From an uncultured delta proteobacterium (GTDB taxonomy: Bacteria > Myxococcota_A > Polyangia > Fen-1088), in contig CAVTRY010000021.1 in the NCBI GenBank assembly GCA_963737265.1, positions 96,001 to 160,000 on the forward strand: a stretch of 64,000 bases of DNA. Reading direction: 5' to 3'. Positions 53,212 to 64,000 of the stretch are shown here, piece by piece. Below the pieces are notes generated by a model, which was not told the origin of the DNA, made no database searches, and saw only the letters and a program-made list of their open reading frames with translations. Position numbers and translations under genes: made by a program. Each line of letters starts with the position of its first letter. Within the stretch, counting starts at the first letter, position 1.

Positions 53212-54627
53212 ATGCCCGATTTCGCTCAGCAGGTCGAGAGCCTTCCGATGGGAAGGCAACCGCCCCACAACCTGGAGGCGGAACGCTCGGCGCTGGGTGG
53301 CGTGCTGGTCAAGCCCTCGGCCTTCGACGAGATGGCGACGACCATCACCGCCGACGATTTTCTGCTGCCGGCCCATCGCGAGATTTTCGAGTCGATGCTC
53401 GAGCTCGACAAGCGGCGACAGCCCATCGACGTGATTTCTCTCGGTGACGAGCTGAAAAACCGCGGCTCGCTCGGGCGACTCGAAAACGGCCAAGCCTATC
53501 TCATCGAGCTCGCCAACTCGGTTCCCACGGCCGAGAATATCGGCCACTACGCGCGCCTGGTTCAGGAAAAGGCCACGTTGCGCCGCCTCATCGCCGCCTG
53601 CGCCGAGATCCAGTCGCGCGCCTATGGCGAATTCGGCGACTACGAGCAGTTCCTCGACGACTCCGAACGCATGGTGTTTCAAGTCGCGCAGAGGAATCGA
53701 CGCGAGAACGCGCGCCCTATCGGCGAAATCATGAGCGAGGTGCTGGAAAACATCGACGCTCGTGCGCGCGAAAGCAAATCCATCACGGGTGTACCTACCG
53801 GTTTCACGAAACTCGACGAGATCACTGCCGGCCTCCAACCCGAAAATCTGATCATCGTGGCGGCCCGCCCTGGCGTAGGCAAGACCTCGTGGGCGCTCAA
53901 CGTCGCCACCAACGCCGCCCTCATCCACAGAATCCCCGTCTTCGTGTTTTCACTCGAAATGTCCAAGCACGAGCTCATCGAGCGCATGCTCGCCGGCGAG
54001 GCGCGCATCGATTCCAACCGCATGCGCCGCGGCCTCATCGAGTACAACGAGTGGAAGAACAAAATCTACCCGGCCGGTAATCGCATCTCGCAGGCACCCA
54101 TTCTCATCGACGATTCGCCGGGCGTGAACATTCTGGAATTGCGAGCCAAGGCCCGTCGCTTTCGCAGCGACCCGCGTTTCTTTCCAGCCAACCCCAAAGG
54201 ACCGCCGCCGCTCGGGTTGGTCGTCATCGACTACCTCCAGCTCGCGAGCGGCCTGGGCGGCCGCAGGGAAGAGTCCCGCGAGCGCGAAATCGCCGAGATT
54301 TCCCGCGGCCTCAAGGCCCTGGCCAAGGAGCTGCACATCCCCATTATCGCGGTTTCGCAGCTAAACCGCAGCGTGGAAAAGCGCGAAGACAAGACCCCCC
54401 AGCTATCGGACTTGCGCGAATCCGGCGCCATCGAACAAGATGCGGATATCATCCTCTTCATTCACCGAGATGAAATGTACAACGCGGATCCCACCGGCCA
54501 CGGCAAGGCCTTGCTCAAGATCGGCAAGAACCGCGCCGGCCCGACCGGGGAGGTGGATTTGACCTTTATCCGCGAGTACACAAGATTCGAGAACTATGCC
54601 GCCGAGGACGAGGAGGCGCCGGGCTAG
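53212..54627 (+). CDS. dnaB: Replicative DNA helicase
   Basis: PPHNLEAE, AARPGVGKT, FSLEM, IDYLQL, SQLNR, LSDLRESGAIEQDAD; no intein. Confidence 0.97.
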   Translation: MPDFAQQVESLPMGRQPPHNLEAERSALGGVLVKPSAFDEMATTITADDFLLPAHREIFESMLELDKRRQPIDVISLGDELKNRGSLGRLENGQAYLIELANSVPTAENIGHYARLVQEKATLRRLIAACAEIQSRAYGEFGDYEQFLDDSERMVFQVAQRNRRENARPIGEIMSEVLENIDARARESKSITGVPTGFTKLDEITAGLQPENLIIVAARPGVGKTSWALNVATNAALIHRIPVFVFSLEMSKHELIERMLAGEARIDSNRMRRGLIEYNEWKNKIYPAGNRISQAPILIDDSPGVNILELRAKARRFRSDPRFFPANPKGPPPLGLVVIDYLQLASGLGGRREESREREIAEISRGLKALAKELHIPIIAVSQLNRSVEKREDKTPQLSDLRESGAIEQDADIILFIHRDEMYNADPTGHGKALLKIGKNRAGPTGEVDLTFIREYTRFENYAAEDEEAPG

Positions 54628-54629
54628 CG

Positions 54630-55712
<1,083 letters not shown>

Positions 55713-55759
55713 CTGTGCGGCGGGTGGCGCTCATTCCCGCGTGGGAAGCCGACAGGCTG

Positions 55760-56494
55760 CTACACCTCGTTGCGGCGAACGGAAATCGCCAGACGCGCGA
55801 CGCTCTTTAGGACGTGCGGCACGCGCTTGAGCAAGTTGATCGATGGTGGACGCTTCTCGTGCACGGCGAACGGGATCTCCACCACCTTCTTCTTCTCGCG
55901 GTGGGCCCGAATCACGAACTCGCTGGCGAACACATCGCGGTCGAGGACGCAACGCCTGGCGGTTTCGAGCAGCTCCACGCGCTTGAAGGCTTTGAGCCCG
56001 TGCGTGTCGGTGCCGCGGTAGTGGCAGACCGCGCGCAAAAGCCCGTTGTAGACTTGCGTGCCGAGACGCCGCACCATGGGACGCTGGTCGTTCGATCCCA
56101 CCATGGCCTTCGAGCCGACCACGAACTCGGTATCGGTCCTTTCGAGTAGCGCCAGTGCACGCGCGTAGAATTCGGTGTCGCACAGATCGATTTCGTCGCA
56201 GATGACGATCTTGCCGCGCGCCTCGAGAATTCCCGTCTTCATGGCCAGTCCATAGTTGGGCTGCCCGATGGAGATCAGGCGCACCACCGAATGCTCGGCC
56301 TCCAGCTCCTTGCCGATCTCGACCGTGCGATCGCGCGAGCCGTTCTCGCACAGAAGCAGCTCGTACGAAAAGCCGAAGGGCCGCAGCTTCTCGCGCAGCT
56401 CCAGGACCGACCCGCGCAGGATCCCCTCTTCGTTGTAGATCGGGATCACGATGGATACGTCGGGGGGCGTGCTGGTGGCGGCGGCCTGGCTCAT
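55760..56494 (-). CDS. GT2 glycosyltransferase (DPM/DPG synthase-like)
   Basis: SIVIP.YNEE, NGS.DRT, YG.A..TG, DT.GLKAF. Confidence 0.85.
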   Translation of the reverse strand: MSQAAATSTPPDVSIVIPIYNEEGILRGSVLELREKLRPFGFSYELLLCENGSRDRTVEIGKELEAEHSVVRLISIGQPNYGLAMKTGILEARGKIVICDEIDLCDTEFYARALALLERTDTEFVVGSKAMVGSNDQRPMVRRLGTQVYNGLLRAVCHYRGTDTHGLKAFKRVELLETARRCVLDRDVFASEFVIRAHREKKKVVEIPFAVHEKRPPSINLLKRVPHVLKSVARLAISVRRNEV

Positions 56495-56612
56495 GTCTCT
56501 CTCCGGGATGGACGACTTCGATAGATATCATGAGATTCGCCGTACGCGAAGACGACACTGGCCACCGCGTAAAGAAGATGCCTCGCTTGGGCGAGGCCCC
56601 TGTGAAACGACG

Positions 56613-57461
56613 CTATGGCAAGTGGATGCGCATCGCTGCCGTATGACAACTATTGCAGCCGCCGGCCGTGATCGTCGTCGGCATCGTGTTTATGTCCGGG
56701 CACTTGCTCACTTGAACGCTGGCCGGGAACGAAATCGCGCTAGCAGTGTAGAAATTGCCCGTACTCCCGGTGACCATTGTGATCTTGGTGCCCTTGCTGT
56801 CCGTGATCGTCACCGTGGCGCCCGCAACAGCGGCCGCGCCAGCGGCGGTTGTGTAGACCGTCCCGGCCGCCGTCATATGCGGGCTCTGGGTCGCTCCGTG
56901 GCAGGATGTGCAGTCTTTGCCGGTGTTCATCCCGGTTGGGCCGCCGGTCGCGGCGGGAACGCATGCGGCCGTGCTGCCGCCCGTGCCGGTCGCGCCGCCC
57001 GCGCCCGTGGCGCCGTCCGCCGGTCCGCCGTCGGCGCCGGCTGAATTCCCCCCGCTGCCATTGCCGCCGGTGTTACGACCGCCAACGCTGCCCAACGCAC
57101 CGCCAGTAGCCGCGCCCGACGAACCTCCGCTCGCGCTACCGGTGTTTCCGCCCTTGGCGGTACCTGTGGAACCGCCCGTTGCGGCGCTGGTGGAGCCACC
57201 GGTCGCGCCACCGGTCGGGATACCAGCGGTGCCACCACTGGAGCCGCCGGTCGATCCGCCGGAGCTCGCCGCGGCCGTACCTCCAACCGACGCAGGTGCC
57301 CCGCCGCTGGAGACGACGGCTGTTCCACCATTCGGGGTAGCAGCGGCGCCGCCGCTGGATGCGGCTGGGGTTCCACCATTCAGGGTAGGAGGATTGTCCG
57401 TGATCGACGTACCATTGCACCCGACCAGAGCGAGCGAGATGAGCAAGAGTGTCCGTTTCAT
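56613..57461 (-). CDS. Lipoprotein with Gly/Ser/Thr linker and two CxxCH motifs
   Basis: Lipobox LVGC; CTSCH and CNSCH flank a beta-rich segment; ends RIHLP. Confidence 0.75.
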   Translation of the reverse strand: MKRTLLLISLALVGCNGTSITDNPPTLNGGTPAASSGGAAATPNGGTAVVSSGGAPASVGGTAAASSGGSTGGSSGGTAGIPTGGATGGSTSAATGGSTGTAKGGNTGSASGGSSGAATGGALGSVGGRNTGGNGSGGNSAGADGGPADGATGAGGATGTGGSTAACVPAATGGPTGMNTGKDCTSCHGATQSPHMTAAGTVYTTAAGAAAVAGATVTITDSKGTKITMVTGSTGNFYTASAISFPASVQVSKCPDINTMPTTITAGGCNSCHTAAMRIHLP

Positions 57462-57884
57462 GCATCTGTCCTTTCGGTTTCGCTAGCGGTACCGCGAGAT
57501 CGGCATCGTCAGGCATATTAACGAATAAAAGAGTCTGAAATCTTAAAACGCGGCCGAGCATTCGTCCACGTCGAATCACATGAGACCATAAATGCCGCAT
57601 AAAAATCCTACTGATACTGTCTCTTTTTGCGACGGCGCCATGGCAATGCGCTGACCAAGTAGTGGCGCAGGCAGCCGTCTCTTGCCGTGACAGAACGCGA
57701 CATCCAGGTCGTCCGGCGGACCCCGCGTTGGGAAGTCCAACGGGCGTCCAGGTGCGTCCTTTTAATGCGTGCAAAGAACAACCGATTCGTGGAAACTGAC
57801 ACTGCTTCATGCATTCGGCACGGGAAGCGCGCCCGTGCCATCGCACTTTCGGGAGTCGAAGGACCCTATGCTGAGAGAATTTCA

Positions 57885-58619
57885 TTGAGCCCTATCCGCC
57901 TTGTTCACCTATTCGCAGCCGGAGTGGTCCTGCTGGGCGCGGGGTGCGCCGGGGCGAAGGTGAGCGACCTCGGCAGCCACGCCGACAGCGGGACGACCGA
58001 CGGCGGGATCCAGGGAAACTGCGATCCCATCGCGAACTCGGGCTGCCCCTCGGGCATGAAATGTTCCACGCTGCAGAACGGACAAGCGTTTTCCGTCGGC
58101 TGCAGATCCAAGGGCACCAAGGCTGCCGGTGACGACTGCACGCAGGTCGTGACCACGGCAGGACAGACTGGCGACGACTGCGGCGACGGTCTGGCGTGCT
58201 TCACGGTGCAAGGGGACGCATCGGCGACCTGTCATCAGATCTGCTCGCCGAGCGGAGCCGGAACCGCCTGCCCAAGCAAATTTGTCTGCGGGATAAACGT
58301 CGGCTTGGCGAGCTTGGCCTTCTGTCGGGCGTCTTGCCAACCACTCGAGCAGTCGGGATGCGCGAGCAACGAGGCATGCTACCTCGCCTCAACGGGTGCA
58401 GTGTGCTCCTCACCCGTGGGCACGAAAAGTCCAGGCAACCCGTGCTCGTTGGCCAACGATTGCCTACCCGGCAGCACTTGTGTTCTTACCAGCGCATCGA
58501 GCGGCACCTGTTATTCGTTTTGCTCGACCGCGGGCGGCACGCCGGCCTGCAGCGGCGGCACCACCTGCAACCCGCTGCCAGCACCCCTGCCCGAGCCCAA
58601 CGCCGGCGTTTGCCAGTAG
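57885..58619 (+). CDS. Cys-rich lipoprotein
   Basis: Lipobox GAGC; repeated CDP...SGC / G..C....DC..GL.C modules; start uncertain. Confidence 0.65.
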   Translation: MSPIRLVHLFAAGVVLLGAGCAGAKVSDLGSHADSGTTDGGIQGNCDPIANSGCPSGMKCSTLQNGQAFSVGCRSKGTKAAGDDCTQVVTTAGQTGDDCGDGLACFTVQGDASATCHQICSPSGAGTACPSKFVCGINVGLASLAFCRASCQPLEQSGCASNEACYLASTGAVCSSPVGTKSPGNPCSLANDCLPGSTCVLTSASSGTCYSFCSTAGGTPACSGGTTCNPLPAPLPEPNAGVCQ

Positions 58620-58683
58620 CACGCGCTTCCTCTGATTCGGTTGGGGCTCCCATCGGGAGCCGGGGTGATGCTATCGTGCGCGC

Positions 58684-60018
<1,335 letters not shown>

Positions 60019-60047
60019 CCTACCCATTCGCCTATGCTGGCCTCACC

Positions 60048-61205
60048 TTGAACGAAAGCACGCCCACGAACCGTCACTTGAAACAGGCCATAGGAGCAGT
60101 CGCATTGGCCGCAGCGTGGCTGGGCGTTGGTTGTGGCGGAACGGGACTGCGCGAGCACACGGCGACGCTACTGCCGAGCGGCAAGGTGCTCATCGTGGGC
60201 GATGGCACAGGTGCGGGCGCGAAGGTGTATGACCCAAGGGCGGGCACCTTCGCCGATACCCACGCCTGTGCGGCAAGAAAGGCTCACACGGCGACGCTGC
60301 TTCCGAATGGCAAGGTGCTCGTCGCAGGAGGACGACAGACCCTGGCTCACCTTGCGAGCGCTGACCTCTACAACCCCGCGACGGAGAGCTTCGCCACCAC
60401 GGGCTTGATGACTGACCGGAGGTCATCCCACACGGCGACGCTATTGCCAAACGGCAAGGTGCTGCTGGCCGGGGGATGGGTCGAACGATCTTCCAAGTCT
60501 GGGAACTCCGATACCGCGGAGCTCTTCGATCCGACCCTCGGCGTTTTCACGGCCACAGGAACGATGGCCAGCCCGCGATCGGAGCACACGGCGACGCTGC
60601 TGCCAAACGGTAAGGTGCTCATCGTCGGTGGGCGCACATCCACCTTCGATCTTTCCACCATGTTCAAGAAGCAACCGCGCTTTCTCGCCACGGCCGAGCT
60701 CTATGATCCGGCCACGCGAGCGTTCGCGGCCACCGGATCGATGGCTGTCCCGAAAGCACGCCACACGGCGACGCTGCTAGCAAACGGCAAAGTGCTCATT
60801 GTCGGAGGGACCGCCGGAAGCGATCATGCCCCGTCTGGAACTGCCGAGCTGTATGACCCCGCCGCAGGAGTCTTTGCGCCCACCGGGACGCTGGCCAAGC
60901 CAAGGTCGGAGCACACGGCGACGCTGCTACCAAACGGCAAGGTGCTCATCGCCGGCGGTATTGCCGAAGACGGTACCCCATTCGCCAGCGCGAAATTGTA
61001 CGACCCGTCCACGGGCGGCATTTCACCCACGGGGAACATGGCCCACGCGCGGTCGGGCCACACGGCCACGCTGCTGCCGGATGGCAAGGTCCTCATCGTT
61101 GGCGGCACCGACGGCCGCGATCAGGCGCAATTCGGAGGCGTGGAAATCTACGATCCCGCCACCGGCGTCTTCGCGCCCAACGACGGATCGGTCACGGCCA
61201 GGTAA
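60048..61205 (+). CDS. Kelch-repeat lipoprotein
   Basis: Seven HTATLLxxGKVL..G...AELYDP repeats; lipobox GVGC; start uncertain. Confidence 0.85.
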   Translation: MNESTPTNRHLKQAIGAVALAAAWLGVGCGGTGLREHTATLLPSGKVLIVGDGTGAGAKVYDPRAGTFADTHACAARKAHTATLLPNGKVLVAGGRQTLAHLASADLYNPATESFATTGLMTDRRSSHTATLLPNGKVLLAGGWVERSSKSGNSDTAELFDPTLGVFTATGTMASPRSEHTATLLPNGKVLIVGGRTSTFDLSTMFKKQPRFLATAELYDPATRAFAATGSMAVPKARHTATLLANGKVLIVGGTAGSDHAPSGTAELYDPAAGVFAPTGTLAKPRSEHTATLLPNGKVLIAGGIAEDGTPFASAKLYDPSTGGISPTGNMAHARSGHTATLLPDGKVLIVGGTDGRDQAQFGGVEIYDPATGVFAPNDGSVTAR

Positions 61206-61220
61206 AAGGCGGCCTTTTGA

Positions 61221-62285
<1,065 letters not shown>

Positions 62286-62344
62286 CCAGGTCTATTCTCT
62301 GGAAATTGCCCTCGATCGCGGAGCGGATGCGTTTTGTAAAGGGC

Positions 62345-62956
62345 ATGATCGACATCGAGGAAGCGAAACGGATTTTGGCGGCTTTCGAGCGCGAAGGGGT
62401 GGAATACGTCATGGTCGGCTCGATGGCCATGGCCGCCCAGGGACTGGTTCGAGCCACGCGCGACGTCGATTTCTTTGTCGCCGCAACTGCGGCCAACGTG
62501 GAGCATCTGCGACAGGCGCTCAGGGGCTTGTACAACGACGACCCGAACGTGGACCAGATCCGGGTCGATGATCTTGCCGGCGACTATCCGGCTATCGAGT
62601 ACATCCCGCCGGACGCCCCGTATTCGCTCGATATCCTGTCCCGGCTGGACGAGGCCTTTCGCTACGAGACCATCGAAAGCGAGGAGGTGTTTCTCGATGG
62701 AATCCGGATTCCTGTCGCCACGCCGGCGATGCTCTACCGCATGAAGAAGGACACGGTGAGGTCCCAGGACCGCCTAGACGCCGAGCAAATTCGCCGTCTT
62801 TTCGAAATCGAGGGGAAGTGTCCGGTCAGGGAAGCGGTGTCGGCCGGAACCGCTCAGGTCGGCGAAACTAATGCAAACACGAGACTGGCTTGGGCGTTCG
62901 CTGTTGACTACGCAATCGATTCCATCAGGAAGAATCCGATTGGCACGGAGAGGTAG
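62345..62956 (+). CDS. Nucleotidyltransferase-like protein
   Basis: Y..VG..A....G..RAT.DVD and K....R.QD..D motifs; tail after ~62820 looks non-homologous. Confidence 0.7.
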   Translation: MIDIEEAKRILAAFEREGVEYVMVGSMAMAAQGLVRATRDVDFFVAATAANVEHLRQALRGLYNDDPNVDQIRVDDLAGDYPAIEYIPPDAPYSLDILSRLDEAFRYETIESEEVFLDGIRIPVATPAMLYRMKKDTVRSQDRLDAEQIRRLFEIEGKCPVREAVSAGTAQVGETNANTRLAWAFAVDYAIDSIRKNPIGTER

Positions 62957-63000
62957 GCTCGCTAGCCCCTCAAGAATGACTCACCCGGGGCTGGCAGCCC

Positions 63001-63669
63001 TTACACTCTGTGCTCGTTCCTTACGATCTTCCTTGCCCCGCCAAACCACGCCAGGCTCCAGTTCTTGGGTGGCTGGATCTTCTCTAGCCGGTCCAACTGG
63101 CCAATCGCGCTCAGCCGCTTGTAAATCAATTGCCAGGCGCACGGGCGGTCTTCGGCGACCTCGCAGCGCTCTGCCGTGCTTCCGCCGCACGGGCCGTTCA
63201 GCATGTGCTTCGCACAGCGGGTGACGGGGCAGATACCGCCGAAGTCGGCAAGCATGCAGTCGCCGCAGGCCATGCACTTTTCCGTCCACACGGCTTGCTC
63301 TTCGAGAATGCCGAGAAAGTTGGTGTTGAGGCCGGCATAGACGGCTTTGCTGGGAAAACGTTCGGCGAGGGCTTGCACGCCGGCGCCGCAGCCGAAGGAG
63401 ACCACCGCTTCGTTGCGCTCGACGGCGGCGGCGAGGTCTTTGATGAACTCGTTTTCGCACTGGCGCTCGATGGTGGTTTGCTCGATCTCCACCGGCTGGT
63501 CCGCCAGCTTGCGCGCCATGCGCGTGGCGTACGCGGCGATGCCGACTTCGCGCTCGCCGCCAGCCAGGCACACGGTTACGCAGGTGCCGCAGCCGACGAA
63601 CAGCACCTTCTTGTGTCGGTCGATGAGTTGTTTGAGCTCGGTGACGGGTTTGGGGCTGGCGACGATCAT
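63001..63669 (-). CDS. metV: MetV-like methylene-THF reductase Fe-S subunit
   Basis: GCGTC..VC.AGG, ERQCE, CG.GVQ, C..CG.C, CPV.RC.K..LNGPCGG, CAW; ATGA-coupled to mvhD. Confidence 0.85.
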   Translation of the reverse strand: MIVASPKPVTELKQLIDRHKKVLFVGCGTCVTVCLAGGEREVGIAAYATRMARKLADQPVEIEQTTIERQCENEFIKDLAAAVERNEAVVSFGCGAGVQALAERFPSKAVYAGLNTNFLGILEEQAVWTEKCMACGDCMLADFGGICPVTRCAKHMLNGPCGGSTAERCEVAEDRPCAWQLIYKRLSAIGQLDRLEKIQPPKNWSLAWFGGARKIVRNEHRV

Positions 63670-64000
63670 GGCGTTCCACTCTTTCTCAGGGGATTCGGGC
63701 CCAGGCTTTCCACGGTCTCGACGATTTCCTTCACGCGCTCGACGAAGGTCGGCGCCATGGCGGCGGACAGGTTCACCATGCGCAGGCGCTCGCGGCCCAC
63801 GCCGATCTGGTCGAGCATCTCGCGCAGGTATTCGCTGCGCTTCTTGGCGCGTAGGTTGCCTTCCAGGAAGTGGCAGCCGCCCTCGAGACACCCGGCGATG
63901 AGCACGCCGTCGATGCCTTTTTCGAAGGCGGCGAGGATGTGCTCCATCTCGATCTTGCCGGTGCACGGCACGTGCATCACGCGCACGTTGGACGGGTACT
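63666..64000 (-). CDS. mvhD: MvhD/FlpD [2Fe-2S] subunit (5' end outside window)
   Basis: PCTGK, G.DGV...GC..G.CHF..GN, ERL....LSA. Confidence 0.9.
   Translation of the reverse strand, partial: YPSNVRVMHVPCTGKIEMEHILAAFEKGIDGVLIAGCLEGGCHFLEGNLRAKKRSEYLREMLDQIGVGRERLRMVNLSAAMAPTFVERVKEIVETVESLGPNPLRKSGTP

Noticed and set aside
60150-61200. Recurring CACACGGCGACGCT...GGCAAGGTGCT motif resembling a CRISPR array
   Set aside because: Units are ~130-185 bp, degenerate and in frame as kelch repeats; no cas genes.

Overview
GC-rich bacterial chromosomal window, most likely Myxococcota (inferred from mglB-mglA after dnaX-ybaB-recR, a CglC-like lipoprotein, a Ser/Thr kinase and Gly/Thr-linker lipoproteins). 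It holds housekeeping blocks (attenuated DAHP synthase, DEAD-box helicase, dnaX-ybaB-recR, fusA, ychF, Fo ATP synthase genes, trxB, prs-rplY-pth-rpsF-rpsR-rplI-dnaB, thrC), one intact chemosensory operon beside two deletion-damaged ones, two hybrid kinases, a GH39 lipoprotein, an orphan Dam-family methyltransferase and an mvhD-metV pair at the right edge. The main discovery is a ~580-bp transposase-free element present twice (20013-20591, 41267-41846). Each copy has 23-bp terminal inverted repeats, its own 9-10 bp target-site duplication and a single GxxExxY gene bracketed by a second, internal inverted repeat. One copy splits an IS21-like remnant in frame; the other lies in a small islet bounded by a duplicated ychF 3' end. 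A leader-peptide attenuator with Phe, Tyr and Trp codons precedes the DAHP synthase. Several single-base frameshifts (ychF, GH39, PAS kinase) may be assembly errors. No rRNA, tRNA or CRISPR array was recognised. All family calls come from motif recognition by eye, not database searches.
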